Shown: positions 47,001 to 58,800 of the stretch, one piece after another
How the letters are laid out: the number at the start of each line of letters is the position of its first letter
Position numbering within the stretch: position 1 is the first letter of the stretch
NCBI GenBank assembly: GCA_002269645.1
Contig: NIVC01000874.1
Location: forward strand, 62,001 to 126,000
Length of the DNA: 64,000 nt
Direction: 5' to 3'
Source of the DNA: Macrostomum lignano
Taxonomy: Eukaryota
Notes under the pieces: model-generated
The model's database searches: none
The model's input: only the letters and a program-made list of their open reading frames with translations
Told to the model about the DNA's origin: nothing
Position numbers and translations under genes: made by a program

Positions 47001-50000
47001 AATAAATGTGGGTTGTCTGACATTTTACAAGATGCAAGTCCAAAATTGGGGAAGACAGACAGCAGGGTACATAGATAACCATTTAAATATACTTTTCCAT
47101 TCCTAATTATATATGCTTAGAAATAAGATATAAGGGCATCAATACTACAATATTTAGTTATCGAACTGCCTAAGTTTCCGTATCAGGGGAGTATTTCGTG
47201 AAATATCTCACCGGCTCTCCAAGGCCCAGGTCGTTAGAAGTTCGATCCCATTGTCCCGTGTTGTAGTTATAAAACTCAAATAGTAAGTCTGTCATGCTGG
47301 TATTTTTGTCACTGAGAATCCGTATATTGAGGAGCAGATACTTTGCCGCGAACTGCATCTGCCAGTGCATAAATTTATAGAAGCAAATTTCTAAACAAAT
47401 GCACTGTAATACTGCTCAACAAATAAGTCATTATTGTATTTCTGAGACAGCTTACAGTCACGGAAGTTCCTTTCCAATATCCTGGGCCTGAAAGGGGCAG
47501 GCCCGCAGCAGAAATCTTTGATGGCACGAGCTCCGTGGCTGTGAAAGTCCTCAGTGCCTCGTTCGGGTCTATAAATAGAGAAGCGGGAGTTTTCGCATTG
47601 TGCGCCGTGTTTCCGAACGCATGCGAATGGTGAACAGCTAATAAGCTGAAATCTGTACATCAAGATGGCAGATAAATTTAATACTTTCTAACTCAGCTCT
47701 ATTGATAAAAATGCATAGCATAGCAAATCTTGCTAAATTGATCTATTCTCAGCAACAGTCAAAAGTTCCGCCCTCCAAGCGAGATGAATTTTTCTCACGT
47801 ATTGCGAGTGACGCAACTTACGGCACTCGCGAAGCTTATTGCCACTTGTAGCGCAGCCACACCGAGCAGACGCTGTTAGTCAATTGAAAGAACAGCTACA
47901 GCTGCGCACTCTGCGCTGGCCTCCCCGGTCCCCAGACATGAATCCCATCGAGCATGTCTGGGACTTCCTAAAACGCAGCATTCGAAAAGAGAATCCACCA
48001 CAGAATATTGCAGAGCTGCGTCATGCCATTGAAAACGATTGGCAGCAGCAGCTTCCCCAGGACTTTCTGTGACGCCTCATCCTTGGGATTTCACCCTCTC
48101 TTGGAGGGTGAAACTTTTCACTGTTGCTGAGTATTATCACCGGAGCCTTTCACTAGACGCCTATATTACTCACGTCGGCAGTGTACCAAGACACCCGTGA
48201 AGCTGCCAGCAGTAGCTGTCCTGAACGAGTAAAAAGTCCGTAAGTTCTTCCTCAGCAAATTGTACGATTGGTCGGCCTGTTGAAATACGTAGCTACATCC
48301 AGCAACTGCGGAGCCTTCAGAACAGCTGCTGGCCGCATCAAACAGGTTGTTGATAGCGGAGAGCTGGCCTACAGAATCAGTGCTGTGTGTTGCGTAGGAC
48401 TTATCCAGCACGGGCGAGAAATACGGCTCGTCACAGGTCCTGTTGCGTCGTCGAGCTACGGACGGAGAGGCGAGCATCTAAGCTTAGTACCTGATACTTA
48501 TCTGGCTGATGGAATGCGAAATTACATTTTTATAAGCTTTGGAAGCAGTCAAAAATGTAATACTCAATCACCTGGCGTCACTTCACAAATTGTGTGAGCG
48601 AGATTGGCTGGATTATCACTGGTCACCCAGCTTAGGTTGCTGAGTGCAGCCGTTGCGAGCACATCCTGAGTGCTTAGCTTCCCTTTAGGCCAGAGGCTCC
48701 AAGTCAGTGTCGAGAAGTCGCTCTCACGGACCCATCCACTCCCTGTGTTCGCAAGTCCGAGGTGAAAAACGAAGTCGCTGTTGAGGGACCCGCTGTACTG
48801 GAGAGCTGCCATAATGGCGATATCGTTGTCCTCGAAGGAACGCGGCAGGAAAACGCGGCCTCTGTCAGCCCAGCGGATGCCGTGGCAAAGTTCTTGACTG
48901 AGGGTCCGGTGCCTTGGCGGCTCCTTGCTGGCGAAATAGCACATGCCGTTGAAGTAGACTGAAGACTGGGGGCATTCTGAGTGAGAAGTGTGAAGGCGGA
49001 ATTTTCATTAGTGCAGACTGCACACCCAGGTTCAAATTTAGCCCAGTGATGCAAACAGCCTTTGCCACTTTTAAATTTAGTTCAACAATCACGCGTTTTC
49101 CTATCCAACTCTGCTGAATGATCTTGGGACCGGTCTGCTCCGGTGTGAGTTGGCTCTGATTTTCTGCTAATCCATGGGCGGAGTTCCTGATGGGACCTGC
49201 GGAGTCGCAGCTTTTCACGAGCAAGGGTTCTAGGTTCTTTGCTCACCGCTAGTACGAGTAGAGGTGAATCTAAGTTGTAGGTGGGCCCACAGCAAATGTC
49301 TTTTGAAGTGGCATTAGGCCTTCAAAACATTTTCATAAATTTACATTTTTACTAGTACTACAAAGGATTGCTAATTGTCCGCCGAAATGACACTGACTGA
49401 CAAGCAACTGGCAAGCTACAAAGTGACTGGCTTTCTCAAGTACATTTTTGGCTTTTAACTCAATTTTTAGACCAAATTTATTAGAGATCTTGAGCAACGA
49501 AAATCTGAAGCACTTTTTGTAGCTTGTCACTATTCAACATGTAGCTTGTCACTGTTCAAAATTGCAACTTGTCACTATTCAACATGTAGCTTGTCACTGT
49601 TCAAAATTGCAACTTGTCACTATTCAACATGTAGCTTGTCACTGTTCAAAATTGCAACTTGTCACTATTCAAAATGTAGCTTGTCACTGTTCAAAATTGC
49701 AACTTGTCACTATTCAACATGTAGCTTGTCACTATTCAAACTTGCAACTTGTCACTATTCAAAATATAGCTTGTCACTATTCAAACTTGCAACTTGTCAC
49801 TATTCAACATGTAGCTTGTCACTATTCAAAATTACAACTTGTCACTATTCAACATGTAGCTTGTCACTGTTCAAACTTGCAACTTGTCACTATTCAAAAT
49901 TGCAACTTGTCACTATTCAACATGTAGCTTGTCACTGTTCAAAATTGCAACTTGTCTCTATTCAACATGTAGCTTGTCACTATTCAAAATTGCAACTTGT

Positions 50001-53000
50001 CACTATTCAAAATTGAAACTTGTCACTATTCAAAATTGCAACTTGTCACTATTCAAAATTGCAACTTGTCACTATTCAAAATTGCAACTTGTCACTATTC
50101 AAAATTGCAACTTGTCACTATTCAAAATTGCAACTTGTCACTATTCAAAATTGCAACTTGTCACTGTTCAACATGAAGCTTGTCACTATTCAAACTTGCA
50201 ACTTGTCTCTATTCAACATGTAGCTTGTCACTATTCAAACTTGCAACTTGTCACTATTCAACATGAAGCTTGTCACTATTCAAACTTGCAACTTGTCTCT
50301 ATTCAACATGTAGCTTGTCACTATTCAAACTTGCAACTTGTCACTATTCAAAATATAGCTTGTCACTATTCAAACTTGCAACTTGTCACTATTCAACATG
50401 TAGCTTGTCACTATTCAAAATTACAACTTGTCACTATTCAACATGTAGCTTGTCACTGTTCAAACTTGCAACTTGTCACTATTCAAAATTGCAACTTGTC
50501 ACTATTCAACATGTAGCTTGTCACTGTTCAAAATTGCAACTTGTCACTATTCAAAATGTAGCTTGTCACTGTTCAAAATTGCAACTTGTCACTATTCAAA
50601 ATGTAGCTTGTCACTGTTCAAAATTGCAACTTGTCACTATTCAAAATGTAGCTTGTCACTGTTCAAAATTGCAACTTGTCTCTATTCAACATGTAGCTTG
50701 TCACTATTCAAAATTGCAACTTGTCACTATTCAAAATTGCAACTTGTCACTATTCAACATGTAGCTTGTCACTGTTCAAAATTTCAACTTGTCAGTATTC
50801 AACATGTAGCTTGTCACTATTCAAAATTGCAACTTGTCACTATTCAAAATTGCAACTTGTCACTATTCAACATGTAGCTTGTCACTGTTCAAAATTTCAA
50901 CTTGTCAGTATTCAACATGTAGCTTGTCACTATTCAAAATTGCAACTTGTCACTATTCAACATGTAGCTTGTCACTGTTCAATATGTAGTTTGCCAACTT
51001 TTCATCTTGTAGTTTGTCACTGTTCAACCTGTAGCTTGTTAAAATGTCGCGCTACACTTGTCAAGTCTATGCACCGCCCCCAGATGGGCATACATTTTTT
51101 TCCACTCCTCTCAACAAAAGAAGCGCCTACGCTGCGCGGAACTTCCATGTGGCAATGGCGAAATAGGGAAGTCATTAGACAATAGGTAGGAAAGGCAGCT
51201 TTTTGCAGTTTCTTCTTTCCAACTTTCTCATACCCAGGCATAAAGTTTCTAAGGAATTTAGCTCTTACAAGGATGGAATCTTCCGCCAAAACATTCTGTT
51301 GACGTCATCGTACGCTATTGAGCCAGTGATGTGCAGAAGCTCCCAAACGGAGCGGGTCTACGGACGCATTCTGATGCGAAAAAGTCATGAAAACTCCGGC
51401 TTCGGTAAAGAAATACTTTGAAGCGGGGTGAAACACTTCAATGCTTTTGAATTTTTTACTTGAACGGCCCCCCGATGCAAGAAGCTTTGTCTAATCTGAG
51501 GCTGGCTGCAGCTGCATAAAAAATGCAGAGGTGTCCCCCCAATAGCTTCTGTAACAATCAAGAGCGAAGAAAATTTTCTCGCTGAATTTAGCCTTAACCA
51601 GGAAGAAAATTTTCTGTACGGGGTCTAAATAATAAATTTATGAAATTTTAAACTGGATAGGCGACATGCGGTAGCATCAGCTAATTGAAGCATTAATTGA
51701 AGCACATTTACTTAACAACTCTTGTGTATGTAGCCGGGTTCGACACGCCAAACCGCGTCTTGTCAGTTTATTATCGTTTGGTGGCAGTGTGAACGAGCGA
51801 ACGAGTGTGATAATCGCGGCGCCGCTCTAAAGGCCATGTAGACCAATCCCTGAATGCCAAATTCGCATGACTACCTTTTCAACTTCGAGTATGTGTCCTA
51901 AAACAGGATAGCTGTCTGTGACTGCCTTTCCTAAGATTTCTGCGATAATGCCTCGATCCTGCGCGTTCTGAGGCACCAGCTGGGGTAAGATGATAAGACC
52001 CTGATCGTCTTGAATGATAAATTAAAATTTTCTTATTATTATTGCTCAATGCTGCCGACGTTGAATCTGCGAAGATTGGTTGAGGGCCACAGAATACTTT
52101 CCCAAATTATGCTCTGTTTACAATTAAGCTGCTCTACACACCAGAGGCTACCCAGAGGTAAAAAATGTGGTAGCAATTATTTACATTGCGACATTCTTCA
52201 CTTACTTAGTAAAGTAGATTTCCCCACTCTTCTCTCCCTCCCGTTGCCGTACTCGACGCATTTCGCTGGCGTTTTTTTACCGTAACATCTCATTGTTTGG
52301 CTCCAACTAATTTTTGCTGCAGACCATCATTGGGTAAGGAGTTTACTTGAGTATCTTAAAGGAATTATTTGGCGCTTAAATTGTAATTTATTACATATGT
52401 TGTGAGCTGCGCCTCACAATGCCCTTGCCCCGACCTCTGCGCTCTCCGACCCTCCTCTCCCTGCCACTGGTTTTTCCTGGCTTGCCCCCTCCGTCTAAAG
52501 CTGCTATTCACTTTTTGTTCTCATTTTCATCAGCCCACATTTTCATTGGCTGGCGTATTTTCATCTCTCTCTCTCTCTCTCGCGTGGGCTACTCCAATCA
52601 TGTGTCTCGCCGCGGAGGCACCTGATTGGCTAGCCCTCCCTCTCGCCCTTCAACTCTGTGGGTTTTGCCCCCACCCCCAGCCCTGCGTGGCTAAGCCCAC
52701 CCCAGTCCCCTGCTCAGTGCTCACCCAGTATTTATGTGCGCGCGCGGCCCTCGCCCGGCTCTCGCCCTCCTGCTCTCTCTCTCTCTCTACAACTCTAGCT
52801 CTACGCGTGTTTGAGTGAAAGTGAAGCTTGAAATTGAAATACAGTCAACTGAGGCTGAGATATTAGAGGCCACGCCTGCATGAGCGCGACAAGTGACCCG
52901 CACGGTCAGACAGCATTCACTTTCGTTAATTTGTCCCGTCTTCATTATTCACCTCTCTCGCCACCGTCTTCCTTCGGGTCTGCGAAGTGTCTGTACGCCT

Positions 53001-55437
53001 CCAGACCCGTGCTCACCTCTGCTGTGGCTGCTGAGTGGCTACCTGCTCACAGCCTCCTCATCCGCATATCTCTCTCTCCGTGGGGCTGGCCGAGTGTCTG
53101 TACGCTCCCAGCCTCTCCACCTCCACCTCGAAGTATCCGTACGCCTCGGGGGTCGCCACTTTCTCGCCTATCCCACCCGGCAAGCTGTGGGCAGTCCAGT
53201 ACCCGAACCCCTGATCACCCCGTCTGCGGTCCGCACGGACGGAAGCAGAAAATACAACACATATGAGAAGACGGGTGCCCTTAAGTTCTATATAAACTCG
53301 TAAAAAGAATTTTTCTAATAAAATAAAGAAAACGCGATTTTGAAATAATTTTAAGCGCATCTACGAGTATGCGTGTCACAGTGTGTTTGGGGTGACGTCG
53401 GCATTGCGGGTTGGGGAGTTGTTGCGTGGCAACTAGCGTTTAAAACCCCAACTTGTGCTCCGTCAGCGGTGTTGCTCACCTACTCAATTTTTTTCAAGTT
53501 GTATTCTCGTAGTACTCTTTGTGTTTTTCGTAAATGTTAAACCACCTAATGACAACTACGTCATTCGTCGTACAAGGCGTGCGCCCCTGCTCGTATCTTT
53601 GTGCTCCTCCACGTTCTGCTGTTTCTGTCTTCGTCACTTCGCCTAACTCCAAAGCAATATTTTTAAAAACATCATTCTAATATGCATTTTCGGTTCATCT
53701 TTGAAAAGCTATATTTTAGTAAAAGGGGCTGTAGCAGCAGTATGTCTCACCGTCTGCCAGACAGCCGAAAAAAGTGAATTCCACAGCCTCGCAAGTTTTG
53801 ATGTCAAATCTGACTCGAGCTTTCCAAGCATTGACCGTGGAATTCAGGCTGAGCATAGCAACTGTTGAATCCATCGGAGCCGTTACGTTCTGACAATGGT
53901 TATCAATATGGCAGCTTGCATCAGTGACATATATTTACATAGCCAGTTCATTTTTGGCAAAAAATGAAATTTTTTTGGAACTCCTAAATCGACAGAGCAT
54001 GTGTCGAGAACTCACGAATAAGTAACCGGCACTTTCACCGTTCTTGCTGAGAAATGTCACTTCAACCACCTGGCTGTCTGTGCAGTTGATTCCGCCAACT
54101 GACACATTGGTCACGTGATAAAGGTCCATAAAGTCGACATCCTGACCGGCTGTTGTCTTCACTGTAAAGGTCGCACCTTCCACAAGCAGGTTAGGATTGG
54201 CGAGCTGATAAACTTCGATTGGTGGACACTCTGCAATGGATAGGTTTGGCATTTGCGTACTTATGCCAGGGTCAGTACATATTTTTACCTCAAGGGCCAG
54301 ATTTGGAACCTCAGCATGACTGCGGGCCGGAGGGGAGAGAAGAGACGGAATAAACAAGGCAGAAAGGAGAAAGGAGAGAAAGGAGGAGGCGAGGGAATAA
54401 AGAAGAGAGAAGCAAAGAGAAGTAAGGAGAGGAGAGGAGAGGAGATAAGAGAAGAGAGAAGAGAGGAGATTGAGAGAAGAGTGCTGAGAAGAAATATAAT
54501 TCTTGAGGAGGCTGAACTGCTACTGTAAGTTTCAACGGATCCGAGGGCCGGAAGAGAGGCTTTGCGGGCCGCATGTGTACCGCGGGCCGGAGTTTGCCGA
54601 CACCTAATTATACCGAGTTTACTCAAAGGAAAATGTTGCTCCTTTCCATTCAGTTTTGTCAAATGTGCAATAAAATTCATAAAAGACTAAAGAAATTAAA
54701 AAGGAATTCGAGTATTTATGATGAGTTTTTGCCTCAGAGGAAACTTTGAGAGGCACTTACCGATCGGCAGACCGATGAACTCAATCTTCAGCGACTTGTT
54801 TCCAACAAAATCAAGTGGCGTGAGCTTCAAGACCCTGGCCCGAATGTTGCCCAGCGACAGGTGGTAGGTTTGGTCGAGCATGTCGCTGCTATTGATGCCC
54901 GGGAGCACGGCGGGCGCACTGCTGCCCAGCGGGTAGCTCCTCAGTGCCAAGTTGAGCGACTCGCCGAACTCTAGTTGAAATGTTCTGACGTAGATTTCTG
55001 GCGAATCCTGCGCAATCACGTAGCCCGAGATTTCGTTGACGATGTCAAAGATGAACAGCAGGTAGTTGGATGTTGAGTATCCGTTGCTGTACGGCAGGTT
55101 GCTTAGAAGTGACCTGTTCAAGTACCAGTTGAGCTTCACTGCCACAGGCGGGAACTCGGGGTAGGCAGAATTCATGGCCCTGACTTGGTGGGGACCATAG
55201 GACACCAGCGGAGGAGCACCTAAAAATGAGTTACACCAACCAAATATGAAGTGCAGAAAATGGAAAGGTATAATAAAGTTTGGGTGCCGAAAAATCTTTT
55301 TTCTTTTAGACTAGAACATTAGAAGGAATTCATTTTCTCTTACTCAGATCGGACCCGGCTGCAGAGCTCTCCTCAAGCAGCAGCAGCCATAGAAGAAATG
55401 CCAATCCAGTGGCCATGCAGTTCCTGCAGGCCTTCAT
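33619..55437 (-). CDS. Polycystin-1-like (PKD1L/REJ-type) multi-exon gene
   Basis: In transcription order: signal peptide (55437-55344), F5/8C-like segments, C-type lectin, fibrinogen-like domain, Cys-rich module, PKD repeats, REJ, GAIN/GPS, TM1, PLAT, further TMs and a polycystin channel domain ending at TAG 33621-33619. Short AT-rich GT-AG introns. Some exon joins between 45.8 and 49.3 kb are uncertain. Confidence 0.9.
35333..35647 (+). mobile_element. tRNA-derived CORE-type SINE with inverted 5' half (intronic)
   Basis: 35333-35460 is the reverse complement of the tRNA head plus core; 35461-35647 is the forward 3' part plus a (TTA)-rich tail. TSD TGAATAAT at 35325-35332 and 35648-35655. 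Confidence 0.85.
36362..37017 (-). CDS. Polycystin gene: PLAT/LH2 domain and TM2 (two exons, intron 36846-36763)
   Basis: YKIEVFNG..., FESGGVDNFLMTT..HLGDIRSI, WYVSRLIVTD...YIFVIEDWLS, DDHIWFSM, FSRLQRLGVCWSLLFMTMIANAMW. Confidence 0.92.
37101..38428 (-). CDS. Polycystin gene: GAIN/GPS region and TM1
   Basis: QQCYAWDSGVDEWRLLDSAKCQ|ASEQTAVARPAFKVNLFGSIGAGISFVPNTIDF, followed by the hydrophobic VLSVVIVLWVLFIPLAVLLRRMD. Confidence 0.85.
39406..41574 (-). CDS. Polycystin gene: REJ domain exons
   Basis: VLPYGLYNVSFT, FVLNASA..DFD, MTFQWSCF, VNGPPVGGTCRVDP and VVQFVVSDSFGA are REJ-like blocks. Confidence 0.85.
41809..43278 (-). CDS. Polycystin gene: PKD (Ig-like) repeats
   Basis: THTFNAPGVYDIHVLASS; TRFGDS...HSYSTAGNYTVIVNASNPVSW. 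Confidence 0.88.
   Translation of the reverse strand: MYLSGLPIINQTITNELVVLPDKSYTFLISWKYGTYVDCDISLEESINTTWNWRKNGSLDSFRGQNISITYLYSGQYREFSYNVYCRSNISEFNANGTFLVSPAPAAALKVEAYYERLPAPNNVTFFFGFVNEKPGSFLKVTCTVTLYSNRKETYTNFFIYYEEPPSISYIYEPGKSVVTSNVRCTNTGGAYSKNFELRLYTPFEIEGVEIKINKSVLLTSEQFPLQLTVQNGTDVTYTVKMTDGTSQVIVHPEPVSYAQPINITHTFNAPGVYDIHVLASSPMNNESSTVSGIIVQNPIAAVAQSAYFHAATPTIYFPVTHTGAVPTNVSCKVNLAAGPEFSLLNQFQNVSASKSTETVTLECPPNLIAEEMTLSVRCWNLVSQYAKNSTVVCNEPVSGLTANASHVFVQPGQNLSITIRVSNGTSVELTTRFGDSTPNSVTFHPSKYASSNEIVLAHSYSTAGNYTVIVNASNPVSWKTAQINPIVV
45107..45739 (-). CDS. Polycystin gene: fibrinogen-related (FReD)-like exon
   Basis: VVYQK...DYRTGF...FWTGLDFL...LTLRLEAT...LNNAQFG...CA....WWQSQCDGKNL follows the fibrinogen C-terminal motif order. 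Bounded by tttcag| and G|gtaatt (phase 1-1). Confidence 0.7.
46540..46846 (-). mobile_element. tRNA-derived CORE-type SINE, collinear copy (intronic)
   Basis: On the minus strand: A box TAGCCTAGTGG, B box GGTTCGATTC, then tgtgtccttgagccagacactaaactc...cagttcacccagctgtaaaatggg, which resembles the MIR/CORE domain. The body is shared with the 35.3-kb copy. Confidence 0.85.
47746..48133 (+). mobile_element. Internally deleted Tc1-like transposon retaining transposase C-terminus
   Basis: ~35-bp TIRs (ttctcagcaacagtcaaaagttccgccctccaag vs reverse complement tactcagcaacagtgaaaagtttcaccctccaag), with TA on the left. Encodes WPPRSPDMNPIEHVWDFLKR, the Tc1 DDE motif. Confidence 0.88.
48572..48976 (-). 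CDS. Polycystin gene: C-type lectin domain exon
   Basis: ECPQSSVYFNGMCYF...LC...FHLGL...WVR...TWSLWPKG...WVT...ICE. Confidence 0.75.
49520..50982. repeat. 22/23-bp minisatellite with 45-bp higher-order unit (polycystin intron)
   Basis: aacttgtcactattcaacatgt alternates with agcttgtcactgttcaaaattgc, with runs of the 23-mer alone. Confidence 0.95.
51150..51390 (-). pseudogene. Possible degenerate THAP-domain fragment
   Basis: HHWLNSVR*RQ...KFLRNF...KKKLQKAAFPTY resembles the THAP W...VRR / HF / AVPT pattern, but contains an in-frame stop and lacks the Cys ligands. Confidence 0.3.
52398..53259. mobile_element. Solo LTR (862 bp)
   Basis: Ends TGTTGT...ACAACA; 4-bp TSD CATA at 52394-52397 and 53260-53263; no internal coding sequence. 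Confidence 0.75.
54267..54605. mobile_element. Old hAT-like MITE containing a GA-rich microsatellite
   Basis: The left end cagggtcag...aagggccagat...gcgggccgg and the right end gcgggccgcatg...cgcgggccggagtttgccgacacct resemble hAT/Charlie MITE ends. TIR and TSD are degenerate (acttatgc vs aattatac). Confidence 0.5.
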
Positions 55438-55826
55438 ATGCCGGCTTTGCAGTTTTTTCGAATAGCTTAGAGACTGTCTTTCTGTTAAAATTACCTGAGC
55501 GGCTGGATTTGCTATTCCCACAGTCGACGGATAGAGTCGACATTTGTATCGTCCGGAGCATGACATTGTTATTCTGGTAACTCAGCAACAGCCAACCGTA
55601 GTGAGTAAGGAGAACCGGGGGTGTTCCTTGGACCCCCATTGGACAGACTCTAGCTACTCTGAGTCTACTTCATAGCCTGTTCTGTGATCCTCATAACACC
55701 ATGCATGAAAAACTTAAGGAAATGTTGCATGCGACCTTTTAGTTCCAAGGCGTTGCCATGGATTTTATTGAGGGGGGGGGGTAAAATCCAACAATTTTAC
55801 GACTAAAATTTCTCCAATATTTGAGG

Positions 55827-58800
55827 TGTAAATAGCATCATTTTCGCTCTCGCGTGCGCGTGAACTTGTGTTTTATGCTCAGTGTACAATCGCTTGTGTA
55901 CATTGCAAAATCAAAGATAAAATATTTCACTTCGTGTTTTCTCGGACTAGCTCAAACCTGCCTTTTGCCTAGTTTACATTGGTGGCAGCGGTCTCTAAAT
56001 CAAGCCGGCTTACCCATGGCGCACGCAAATGCACTTTTGCCACCCAAGTTTTTGGGTGCTGACGACACCGACATCAACATGTGGCTGCAAATCTTTGAAG
56101 ATTTTGCAGCAGATTCAGAGTGGAACGATGCTAAAAAGGCTTCAAAAATCAAGCTTCTTCTGTGTGGCGAAGCGTTGGTGTTCGTCTGGGACCTGTCAGA
56201 GGACGAGAAGAAAAGCTTCAAGAGTATAAAAACCAAACTCGTCCAGTTCTACAGAGCAAGGAAAACTACCGCGCCATGTCGGAGTTTGAGAGCCGAAAAA
56301 ACGACGTCAGGGAGAATCATTGAGGGAGCTGTGCTTGGCTCTTAAGCTTCTGTATCGGAAGGCACGCCCTGAACACGCTCAAACGGTGAGAGACTGCGAA
56401 GTGCGACACCGAATGCTGACACTGCTGCCTAGAGAGATTCGCGAAGCCTTACTGAAAGAGCCCGATTGCGACGAAGTCAGCCCTGAACAGTTGGCGGACC
56501 CCGAGCCATGACTCTGCAGAGCATAGGCAGCAAAAGAGCCTCTGAAAGCGTTGCAGTGACATCGGTTAGTAATCAAGTGTCTGATCGGCTGGAGCAGATG
56601 CAGGAGCAGCTGGCAGACCTGGCCGCGACAGTCGCCACGATCAGCAGCCGGGGAAGTCAACGTGGAAGAGGAAGAGGAGCCGGACGCAAAGACAGCAGCC
56701 GAGGAAGATGTTTCAACTGCGCTCAGCCCGGCCATTTTGCTGCTCAGTGCCCCAGCATGAAGGCCGCACCAACCACGCCGTCCGTGTGCAGCCGCTGCTC
56801 AGGCAAAGGACACCGAGCCGAGGTCTGCCCGACACCAGCTTCGGGAAAACTTCTGAGGACTGGTGACCGTGGGCCATCACCAGCCCTGCCTAGCAAGGGC
56901 CAAACCGCTTCTATCTTCCTTCCCGGCAGCATTGCTGGCCGGCCCTGCAGGTGGCTGTTCGACACCGGCGCGCAGGTGATGCTTGTATCAGCTGCTCAAC
57001 TTCATACTCTAGGAATCGCTGCTCAGCTGCATCCATCTCTCAGTTCTCCGGTCGGTATCGACGGTCGACGCTTGGAGTCCCCAGGAAGTGCAACGCTAGC
57101 CATACAGCTGGACGGTCTACCACCAACAGAGCATCAGGTGACGGTGGTCGCCGACATCCAGCCAGAATGCTTACTCGGCTTGGATGCCATCGGCAAGATG
57201 TGCTCAAGTTTCAGCGTGGACCTCCTGACGTCTTCTGTCCAACTGGGGTCAACCAGGATCCCCATTTTCCCTGACAGGAGCCCCACGGCAGCCTGCCGAG
57301 TGGTGCCCACCGCGGTAATCGCCAGAGTTGCCAGCACCGTGACCGTCCCTGCCCGCAGCCGTGTCATAATCCCGGTCAAGGTGCCATCGTCCGTCAAGCA
57401 GGGTCTGTTCGAGCCCAGCTCTGATTTCGTCGACAAGATGGGCCTGCTGCCGAACAGGGCACTCGTGGTGTCCAGCGCTGATGGCAACCTGCCGGTGGGC
57501 GTCTGCAACCTGAGCACCGACCCGGTAGTGCTCTACCAAAACCAGACAATCGGCAACTTCGACTCTGCCGAACCTCATGGATCTGGCGAAAAAACTGATG
57601 AAGAGGTTGGCTTCAAAATCAACCCTGAGCTAAGTACGAGCGTATGTCGCAACGCAAGCTAATCGAAGTCCTCCTCAGCAAGCACGAGAAAGCATTCGCC
57701 AGTAATGAGTTCAATCTGGGAACAACACACCTGCTGCAGCACGTGATCAACCTGGAGCCCGGCAGTCGCCCTATCAAGCACAGGCAGCGGACAGTCCCGC
57801 TGAACTTCCGCCAGCAAGTGGATAACAAGATCAGTGAGATGCTGCGTCACGGAATCATCGAGCCATCGTGCGGTCCATGGGCGAGCAACCTGCTCGTTGT
57901 TCGCAAGAAAAACAACGAGATCCGAATCTGCACCGACTGGAGAAGCCTCAATTCGTGCACCGTGAAGGACGCCTACCCGCTGCCTCCCCTGTCGGTTGCT
58001 CTAGACGCACTTACGAGATGCAGTTGGTTCAGCACACTCGATCTCCGGCAAGGGTTCCTGCAGGTCGAGCTACGTGAACAGGATCGAGAGAAGACCGCAT
58101 TTGACTCAACGCTGGGCCTGATGCAGTACAGGAAGCTTGGATTTGGCCTCTGTAACGCTCCAGCAACCTTTCAGCAGCTGATGGATCTAACAATGGCTAG
58201 TCTGAACTGGACCGAAGTGCTCACGTACATGAACGATGTGATTTTGTTGAGCCCGGCGTTTGAAAAACACGCCCAAACCTTGGAGCAGGTCCTCGAAAGA
58301 CTGCAGTCAGCGGGCCTTAAGCTGAAAAAGCGCAAGAGCTGCTTCTGCTTCCAAGAAGTAGAGTACCTGGGCCACAACATCTCTGCCGAGGCTATTCAAC
58401 CAACTCAGGAGAAGATCAGTGCCAACCAGTTCATCCCAACGCCTGATTGTGCCAAAGACGTTCGCCGACTCGTCTGTATGCTGGGCTTCTATCGGCGATT
58501 CGATCCAAACTTTGCCAGCATCGCTAATCCGCTTCAGAAGGGGTGACTCAGAAGGGACGGCAGTTTCGGTGGACATCAGAGTGCGAAGTGCGCTACAGAA
58601 GCTGAAGTCAGCGCTCTCGGCGCCTCCACTGCTGAAGCTGCCGGACTTCTCCAAAGGATTCCGTCTGTGCTGTGACAGCAGCGCGGCGTGGCCATCGCGG
58701 GTGTCCTCAGCCAGCTGCACGAAGGCGTTGAATGTCCCGTAGCATACGCGTCGCGAGTCCTGAACAAGTCAGAGCGGAATTACTCGACAACGCACCGAGA

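Noticed and set aside
49546-51185. Cys/His-rich repeat ORFs resembling zinc fingers
   Set aside because: Frames of the 22/23-bp array; the spacing is not that of C2H2 fingers.
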